In this document: positions 57,678 through 64,000 of the stretch, piece by piece
How the letters are laid out: each line of letters begins with the position of its first letter
Numbering within the stretch: position 1 is the first letter of the stretch
Assembly: GCA_041576165.1 (NCBI GenBank)
Contig: JBFGLM010000005.1
Span: forward strand, 64,001 to 128,000
Source: Acidimicrobiia bacterium
GTDB taxonomy: Bacteria > Actinomycetota > Acidimicrobiia > Spongiisociales > Spongiisociaceae
DNA length: 64,000 nt
Reading direction: 5' to 3'
Position numbers and translations under genes: made by a program
Notes under the pieces: model-generated
Told to the model about the DNA's origin: nothing
What the model saw: only the letters and a program-made list of their open reading frames with translations
Databases searched by the model: none

Positions 57678-58885
57678 ACGAACACTGGGAAGCGCAGGTA
57701 GCTCTGCGGTGGCCAGAGCTGAAACCGTCCTATGACGTGGTCATTGTTGGCGGCGGCGGGCACGGACTGTCGACGGCCTACCACCTTGCCACCCGGCACG
57801 GAATCACCGATGTGGCCGTGCTCGAGCGCTCGTACATCGGAGGGGGAAACAGCGGCCGCAACACCACTGTGATCCGTGCCAACTACGGGATCCCTGAGGC
57901 CGTGCGTTTCTACCAGCGCAGCGTCGAGTTGTACGAACGGTTGGAGGAAGAGACCGGCCGCTGGCTCATGCACTCCACCAAGGGGATCCTTTGGCTGATC
58001 CACACCGAGGCCGGAATCCGCACCGAACATGCCCGGGCGGCGGTCAACCGCGCGTTTGGCGCAGCCACCGACTTCGTCACGCCCGAAGAGATCAAGTCGA
58101 TCGTCCCCGAAGTCGACCTCAATGCGGGCGGGGGGCGGTACCCGGTGTTGGGCGGTTCGTACTATCACCAGGGAGCCACCGCCCGTCACGACCGGGTCAA
58201 TTGGGCACTCGCCGAAGGTGCGATGAAGAAGGGCGTACACGTTCATCAGCGGACCGCCGTCACCGGGATCAAGATGGCGGGCAATCGGGTGATCGGGGTC
58301 GAGACCGACCGTGGCCCGATTGCGGCCGGCACGGTGGTGGGCGCCGTCGGCGGCCACGTGACCTCGCTGGCGACGATGGCCGGCGTCCGCCTGCCGATTC
58401 GCAGCCATCCCCTGCAAGCATTCGTGACGAATCATTACGCGCAAACATTTCACCCGATCGTGGCTTCGACCGATTTGCTGTTCTACGCATCCCAGACTGC
58501 GCGGGGAGAGATGCTGATCGGCGCCGAGATCGACCGCCAGCCCAGCTATTCCTATCGCTCGGGGTACTACTTCCTGTCATCGTGTTCGCATAGGGCGATG
58601 ACGCTGCTGCCGTTCTTGCGCGACCTGCGGATCCTCCGGCAGTGGACCGGCATCTGCGACATGTCTCCTGACTATTCGCCGATCATGGGCTACACCGGCG
58701 TCGACGGGTTCCTGATCACCACCGGCTGGGGCACCTGGGGCTTCAAGGCCATACCGGCCGGGGGAGAACAGATGGCCGAGTTGATCGCCACCGGACGGGT
58801 CCCGTCACTGATCGCTCCGTTCGCGCTCGATCGGTTTGCGCAGGACCGCACCATGGCCGACCGAGGTTCGGCGGGGACGCACTGA
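57674..58885 (+). CDS. soxB: Sarcosine oxidase beta-type FAD subunit
   Basis: YDVVIVGGGGHGLSTAYHLA, GGGNSGRNTTVIRANY, ARHDRVNW, SHPLQAFV, GWGTWGFKA. Confidence 0.85.
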   Translation: MNEHWEAQVALRWPELKPSYDVVIVGGGGHGLSTAYHLATRHGITDVAVLERSYIGGGNSGRNTTVIRANYGIPEAVRFYQRSVELYERLEEETGRWLMHSTKGILWLIHTEAGIRTEHARAAVNRAFGAATDFVTPEEIKSIVPEVDLNAGGGRYPVLGGSYYHQGATARHDRVNWALAEGAMKKGVHVHQRTAVTGIKMAGNRVIGVETDRGPIAAGTVVGAVGGHVTSLATMAGVRLPIRSHPLQAFVTNHYAQTFHPIVASTDLLFYASQTARGEMLIGAEIDRQPSYSYRSGYYFLSSCSHRAMTLLPFLRDLRILRQWTGICDMSPDYSPIMGYTGVDGFLITTGWGTWGFKAIPAGGEQMAELIATGRVPSLIAPFALDRFAQDRTMADRGSAGTH

Positions 58886-59118
58886 TGAGCATTCGTCTGC
58901 CGTGCCCTCACTGCGGAGATCGCGCTTTGGAGGAGTGGGTGTACGGCGAAGTGTTTGCGGTGCCCGACTCGATCACCGACCCGGATGCCCGCGACGTAGA
59001 TCGCGCCTATATGCACAACAACCCCGAAGGGTCGGTGGAGGAGGCCTGGTTCCACCTCTACGGCTGCCGCCGATGGGTCTATCTCACCAGAGACACCCGC
59101 ACCGACGAGCTGTTGTGA
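58885..59118 (+). CDS. soxD: Sarcosine oxidase delta subunit (Zn-binding)
   Basis: CPHCG.R...E..YG, NPEG...E.WFH.YGCRRW...RDTRT. Confidence 0.88.
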   Translation: MSIRLPCPHCGDRALEEWVYGEVFAVPDSITDPDARDVDRAYMHNNPEGSVEEAWFHLYGCRRWVYLTRDTRTDELL

Positions 59119-59138
59119 GTTCACGGCGGAAGGGCTGG

Positions 59139-59768
59139 TCACCCGGTGAGCGGGCGGACGGCGTGCCACACAGGGTCGCACCGATAGTCCCAGTATTTGA
59201 CGCTGGACAGCGTGAGCGCATCGGGCTGGGAGAGCGCCGGCGTCGGTATCGAGCCGTAGTAGATCCGCACGTATTCGTAGTAGCAGGGAGCCACCTCGGA
59301 AGTGGCGGCCCGATGGGCGGTCGACGCCGTCCATTCGGTGATGGTCTCGCTGTGGCGCATGAGCACGAGGTTGGCGTAGTTGCGCTCGTCGGCCAGTAGA
59401 TGGGTGGTGTAGCCGAGCATGCCCGGGGCGTCGATCACGGCGTCAATCATCTGGTCGTTCAGCTGCGCCATCCGTTGGGAGATGTCCTCGGGAATGAGGT
59501 CTCGCATTCGGCCGAAAAAGCCGACGACAGTGAGCGTCGCCCGCCGGGGAAGCGGGCGCGGGATCACAACCCGCCGGTACCAGTCCTCGGGCGCCGGGAG
59601 GTACCTGACGGTGGGGCGGCGCGGGTCGGCGCGAGCGGCCTGAGCGGCAAAGTCGCGCAACAACATGCACACCACAGCGCGGTCGGCCGGGATATGGTCC
59701 GGGTGGGCGAAAGCCCGCCGCTCGACGGGGTCGGTGTGGCCGAGCGCCACCGGAGATCCGATCACCAC
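59139..59768 (-). CDS. Hypothetical protein, possible ABM-like dimeric alpha/beta barrel
   Basis: VVGFFG.....PGMLGYTT...NYANLV...EW..S.AH..A; overlaps the IclR stop. Confidence 0.55.
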   Translation of the reverse strand: MVIGSPVALGHTDPVERRAFAHPDHIPADRAVVCMLLRDFAAQAARADPRRPTVRYLPAPEDWYRRVVIPRPLPRRATLTVVGFFGRMRDLIPEDISQRMAQLNDQMIDAVIDAPGMLGYTTHLLADERNYANLVLMRHSETITEWTASTAHRAATSEVAPCYYEYVRIYYGSIPTPALSQPDALTLSSVKYWDYRCDPVWHAVRPLTG

Positions 59769-60550
59769 GCGCGTGCCGTCCCCACGACGTGGCCGCGCCG
59801 CATCCCGAGGTCGGATGCAATGGCGTCGGCCGCATCGATCAACCGGGCTGCCACCGCCGTACGCGTGTCGTGACCGAAACGGGTCGTCGGTGCGCTGATC
59901 GAGACGGCCGCTGCCGCCGCCCCCGACTGATCGAGCACCGGAGCTGCAACGGCTGACGTGCCGATTTCGAACTCATCGGATTCTGTCGCGTAGCCGCGCC
60001 GGGTGATGGTCGCCAGCTCTGTCGACAGCCTTGCCTCCAGCTCGGCCGGCCCCTCCGTCCTGGCGATGCCGACCAGATCCCGCCAGTCCTCCCCGCGATC
60101 GTGCATGGCGGCCAGGAGAACTCTGCCGCTGGCGGTGGTCCGAAGCGGGATGCGCCGTCCGATCCAGACGACGTGGCGTACGGAATGAGTGCTGGGCAGG
60201 TGAGCGACCGTCACAGCCTCCCGGCCCCGGCGGACCGAAACACTTATCGTCTCGTTGATCTCGGCGTGGAGCTGTTCCATGTGCGGCATGGCGGCGGCCC
60301 GGACGTCGATCTGGCCGAGCGCAACCCCCGCCATTTCCACTACCGCCATGCCGAGGGAGTAGCGCCCGGTCTCGGCGTTGTGCCAGACCATGCCCTCGTC
60401 GGCCAGTGCGGCCAGGATGCGGGATACGGTGCTCTTGTGCAGCCCGAGCCGGCGGCTGATTTCGCCCACTGTCAGTGTGGGTTCGAGCTCGGAGAACTCG
60501 CGCAGTATGGCGATCGCTCGTTGCAGGGACTGATGGGTTGATCCGGCCAT
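59762..60550 (-). CDS. IclR family transcriptional regulator
   Basis: QSLQRAIAIL, LHKSTVSRIL, TASGRVLLA, RGYA, AVAAPV. Confidence 0.92.
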   Translation of the reverse strand: MAGSTHQSLQRAIAILREFSELEPTLTVGEISRRLGLHKSTVSRILAALADEGMVWHNAETGRYSLGMAVVEMAGVALGQIDVRAAAMPHMEQLHAEINETISVSVRRGREAVTVAHLPSTHSVRHVVWIGRRIPLRTTASGRVLLAAMHDRGEDWRDLVGIARTEGPAELEARLSTELATITRRGYATESDEFEIGTSAVAAPVLDQSGAAAAAVSISAPTTRFGHDTRTAVAARLIDAADAIASDLGMRRGHVVGTARAW

Positions 60551-60617
60551 CTCCCGCCTCCCGCGGACTAACCCGTCGGGTGGGTCGCAGTTCCTCGACC
60601 GGCGCCGACGGACATGC

Positions 60618-60644
60618 CAGGTGTTGCATGCCATGCAACACCTG
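60618..60644. promoter_or_regulatory. Perfect 13-1-13 palindrome; putative IclR operator
   Basis: CAGGTGTTGCATG-C-CATGCAACACCTG between the glcB stop and the IclR start. Confidence 0.6.
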
Positions 60645-60696
60645 CTCATACTATGCGACGACTATACCGCATGGCGCCACTCAAAGTGGTGGGCTT

Positions 60697-62853
60697 CTAG
60701 ACCAGTTGTTTCTGCTGCGCCCGCCACCGGTGGAGGATCGGTTCGGTGTAGCCGGAGGGCTGCCGGGTGCCCTCGAAGACGAGTTCACAGGCGGCCCGGA
60801 ATGCCGGCCCATCGAACTGGGGGGCCATGGGTGAATACAGGGGGTCGCCGGCGTTCTGGGCGTCGACCACGCTGGCCATTCGCTGCATCGTCTCGCGTAC
60901 CTGGTCGGGGCTGACCACGCCGTGGCGGAGCCAGTTGGCAATGTGCTGGGAGGAGATGCGACACGTCGCCCGATCTTCCATCAGCCCGATGTTGTGGATG
61001 TCGGGCACCTTGGAGCATCCGATGCCATGGTCGATCCAGCGGACCACATACCCGAGTATCCCCTGGGCGTTGTTGTCGAGTTCGGCCTGGATCAGATCCG
61101 CACTCCAGTCAGCCGGGCTGCCGAGAGGGATCGTGAGAATGTCATCGAGGGTGGCCCGCGGTCCGGCCGCCGCAAGCTCGGCCTGCCGGGCGAGCACATC
61201 GACTCGGTGGTAATGGGTGGCATGAAGAGTGGCGGCGGTGGGTGATGGCACCCAGGCGCAATTGGCCCCTGCCAGCGGGTGAGCAATCTTCTCTTCGAGC
61301 ATGGCCGCCATCCGGTCGGGAGCGGCCCACATCCCCTTGCCGATCTGAGCAGTCCCGCGCAGTCCGCACGCCAGCCCCACGTCGACGTTCCAGTCCTCGT
61401 ACGCCTTGATCCACTGCTGGGACTTCATTTCGGTCTTCGGGACCATGGGCCCGGCCTCCATCGAGGTGTGGATCTCGTCCCCGGTCCGGTCCAGAAAACC
61501 GGTGTTGATGAAGGCCACCCGGGAGCGTGCAGCCCGGATGCACTCGGCCAGGTTCACTGTGGTGCGGCGCTCTTCATCCATAATGCCGATCTTGACCGTG
61601 CCGGCGTCGAGGCCCAGTGTTTCTTCGACGAAGGCGAAAACCTCATCGGCGAAGGCAACCTCCGTGGGGCCATGCATCTTCGGCTTCACGACGTAGATCG
61701 AGCCTTGGCGCGAGTTGCGGCGGCCGGCCAGGTCGTGCTGGGCGATCAGCACGGTGCACATCGCATCCAACAGCCCCTCGAAGACCTCGTCCCCGTCCCT
61801 ATCGAGCACAGCAGGTGTTGTCATCAGATGGCCAACGTTGCGGACCAGCATCAAGGAACGGCCGGGCAGCGTGAAGCTTTGCCCGTCAGGGGCCGTGAAG
61901 TTGCGGTCGTCGTTGAGGGCCCGGGTGAAAGTGTTCCCGGCCTTGGTGACCTGCTCAGTGAGATCGCCTTTGACCAGGCCGAGCCAGTTGCGGTACGCGT
62001 GTGCTTTGTCGAAGGCGTCCACGGCCGCGATCGAATCTTCGCAATCCATGATCGTCGTCACCGCAGCTTCGAGGACAACGTCCGCGAGGCCGGCCCGATC
62101 GGTCTTCCCCACTGGATGCTTGGGGTCTATGACAAGTTCGATGTGCAGGCCATGGTTGCGCAGCAGCACGCCGGTAGGTTTCTCGGGCGGCCCGTTGTAG
62201 CCGGCGAAGTGGCTGGGGTCGGCCAGACCGACACGGCCGTCGCCAAGCGTGGCGTGGAGTCCGCCGTCGATCACGAGGTAGGCGGCGACGTCGGCGTGTG
62301 AGCCGTCGGCGAGGGGCACCACGTCATCGAGGAAACGGCGGGTCCAGGCGATCACCCGGTGACCGCGCGCCGGGTCGTACGGCCCGTCGGGAGGTACGTC
62401 ACCGAGCGCATCGGTGCCGTAGAGCGCGTCGTACAAGGAGCCCCAGCGGGCATTGGCTGCATTCAGGGCGTAGCGGGCATTCGTGACCGGGACCACCAGC
62501 TGCGGTCCCGGAATCGCCGCAATCTCGGCGTCCACGCCCCGGGGATCGATCGTGAAGGGTGCGCCCGTCGGTCTCAGATAGCCGATCTCTTCCAGAAACT
62601 CTCGATACGCGGCGGCATCGTGGAGCCGGCCGGCCCGGGCCCGATGCCAGTCATCGATCCGGGCCTGTAGGGAGGCGCGCACCTCGAGCAGCTCCCGGTT
62701 GCGCGGCCCGAATGTGTGGATCAGGTCGGAGAGCCGCCCCCAGAACCTGTCCGGGGTCACGTCGGATCCCGGCAGCGCTTCCTCGGTGAGGAAGTCGTAC
62801 AGGGGCTGGCCGACCGAAAGCTCACCGACCGTGACGCGGCCGGAATCCTGCAT
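60697..62853 (-). CDS. glcB: Malate synthase G
   Basis: [72 protein letters not shown]. Confidence 0.96.
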   Translation of the reverse strand: MQDSGRVTVGELSVGQPLYDFLTEEALPGSDVTPDRFWGRLSDLIHTFGPRNRELLEVRASLQARIDDWHRARAGRLHDAAAYREFLEEIGYLRPTGAPFTIDPRGVDAEIAAIPGPQLVVPVTNARYALNAANARWGSLYDALYGTDALGDVPPDGPYDPARGHRVIAWTRRFLDDVVPLADGSHADVAAYLVIDGGLHATLGDGRVGLADPSHFAGYNGPPEKPTGVLLRNHGLHIELVIDPKHPVGKTDRAGLADVVLEAAVTTIMDCEDSIAAVDAFDKAHAYRNWLGLVKGDLTEQVTKAGNTFTRALNDDRNFTAPDGQSFTLPGRSLMLVRNVGHLMTTPAVLDRDGDEVFEGLLDAMCTVLIAQHDLAGRRNSRQGSIYVVKPKMHGPTEVAFADEVFAFVEETLGLDAGTVKIGIMDEERRTTVNLAECIRAARSRVAFINTGFLDRTGDEIHTSMEAGPMVPKTEMKSQQWIKAYEDWNVDVGLACGLRGTAQIGKGMWAAPDRMAAMLEEKIAHPLAGANCAWVPSPTAATLHATHYHRVDVLARQAELAAAGPRATLDDILTIPLGSPADWSADLIQAELDNNAQGILGYVVRWIDHGIGCSKVPDIHNIGLMEDRATCRISSQHIANWLRHGVVSPDQVRETMQRMASVVDAQNAGDPLYSPMAPQFDGPAFRAACELVFEGTRQPSGYTEPILHRWRAQQKQLV

Positions 62854-63092
62854 ATTCAGCACCTTTTTTCGGGTTCGGGGCCAGGCTAACGGGCGGCGTG
62901 GGCACCCGAGCCGATGCATTGCTTGAGAACCGCTGATCTTGTGCGCGGCATGGCGCCGTCCCGGCGATTCGCCAAAGCTGGGGATCTTTGATGGAGAGTA
63001 GAAGCGCGCTCTCGTCCGGCGCCGCCCGAGCCCGCCGGTCAAGGCTTTTTGGGATGTGCCGATATACTCACCGGTCATCGCCCGGGGAGTCC

Positions 63093-64000
63093 ATGCGCCA
63101 ATCTGTCTTCATCGCGCTCGTCGTCGCCATCCTGGCCGGCGTGGTGCCGGCCGCCGCCCAGAGCGACCGTTGGCTCGACGAGGACTTTTCGAGCGGGGTC
63201 GACGTGTTCAATGCGGGGGCATGGGGGATGAATCCGACCTCCGATGGGCATGTCGGCGGAGGGCTGCTGTCGGTCATCCCGCAGGGTGAGCATTGGGGAT
63301 CGAGTGGGCACTGGAACTTCGCCGACCATGGCATCAACGACCCGGACGAGTTGTGGTGGCGCTATTGGGTGCGGTTCGACGCCGACAATTACATTGCTCC
63401 GCCCGACCGGGGCAAGTTGCCCGGTCCGGCCGGCCTGTACAACTATCGCTGCCTGGGTGGGCGCCCGTCGACCGAAGCGGAGCCCTGTTTCTCGGCCCGG
63501 ATGATGTTCGGGCGGGATTACCCCCGCTGGAACGAGCCCGGGATCTACCCCAACGGCGAGGAGGGCGTCACCCGCATCGGGTTCTACGTCTACCACCTCG
63601 ACCAGGAAACGGAGTACGGCGACACTTGGGACTGGGACCGGGACGTGTCGGTATTGCCCAACGGCCGGTGGTACTGCTTGGAGGGCCACATCACTATGAA
63701 CACTCCGGGCGAGAACGACGGGCTGCTGGAAGGCTGGGTGGACGACCAGCTTGCCTTCCAGAAGACGGACATGCGGTGGCGGCGAGCGACCGAGAGCTGG
63801 ATGGGGGTCAAGAGCTTCTGGTTCGACATCTACTACGGCGGCGGGAACGCGTCACCACAGCGCAACGACATCACCTTCGACTCGCTGGCGTTGGGACCCG
63901 AACGCATCGGTTGCGACGACATCGGACGCTTCGACGGCCGGTTCTACGACGACGACGACTCCACCTTCGAAGCCGATATCGAGTGGCTAGCTGCGGCCGG
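63093..64000 (+). CDS. Secreted polysaccharide-lyase(PL14)-like protein with start of an SLH-like domain (runs off the window)
   Basis: Manual translation from ATG 63093 (GGGGAG RBS): signal peptide; [32 protein letters not shown]....WVD, FDIYYGG; ends [18 protein letters not shown]. Confidence 0.65.
   Translation, partial: MRQSVFIALVVAILAGVVPAAAQSDRWLDEDFSSGVDVFNAGAWGMNPTSDGHVGGGLLSVIPQGEHWGSSGHWNFADHGINDPDELWWRYWVRFDADNYIAPPDRGKLPGPAGLYNYRCLGGRPSTEAEPCFSARMMFGRDYPRWNEPGIYPNGEEGVTRIGFYVYHLDQETEYGDTWDWDRDVSVLPNGRWYCLEGHITMNTPGENDGLLEGWVDDQLAFQKTDMRWRRATESWMGVKSFWFDIYYGGGNASPQRNDITFDSLALGPERIGCDDIGRFDGRFYDDDDSTFEADIEWLAAA

Noticed and set aside
56672-58453. Long antisense ORFs (593 aa here; also 8-850, 36948-38243, 53787-54902 and others)
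   Set aside because: Shadow ORFs opposite well-supported genes in high-GC DNA; no motifs
62854-63092. Glycine riboswitch upstream of glcB
   Set aside because: Conserved aptamer segments (GGAGA...CCGAAG...CTCTCAGG) not found on the minus strand

Overview
High-GC, densely coding bacterial chromosome segment, most consistent with an actinobacterium (Acidimicrobiia-like; inferred from egtABCD, an Mca/MshB-type deacetylase, F420-type LLM enzymes, sodN/sodX and Septum_form and DUF3048 lipoproteins). About 55 genes; no tRNA, rRNA, CRISPR array, integrase or transposase seen. Recognisable modules: ArsR plus permease; ergothioneine egtABCD behind a SigH/SigR-type promoter; a c-di-GMP and surface-protein cluster; korAB; Ni-SOD with its maturation protease; an ABC-2 exporter; metG; an S8 protease with 12 WSGGT repeats coupled to a membrane GAF-GGDEF-EAL gene; an IclR-flanked sarcosine-oxidase-like locus next to glcB. 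The standout is a ~865-aa protein (38908-41502) that fuses a class III nucleotidyl-cyclase-like domain to 15 tandem 32-aa pentatricopeptide(PPR)-like repeats and a C-terminal TPR, a candidate RNA-sensing cyclic-nucleotide signalling protein. All calls come from reading motifs by eye; no database searches were run. Start codons were chosen manually and are approximate.
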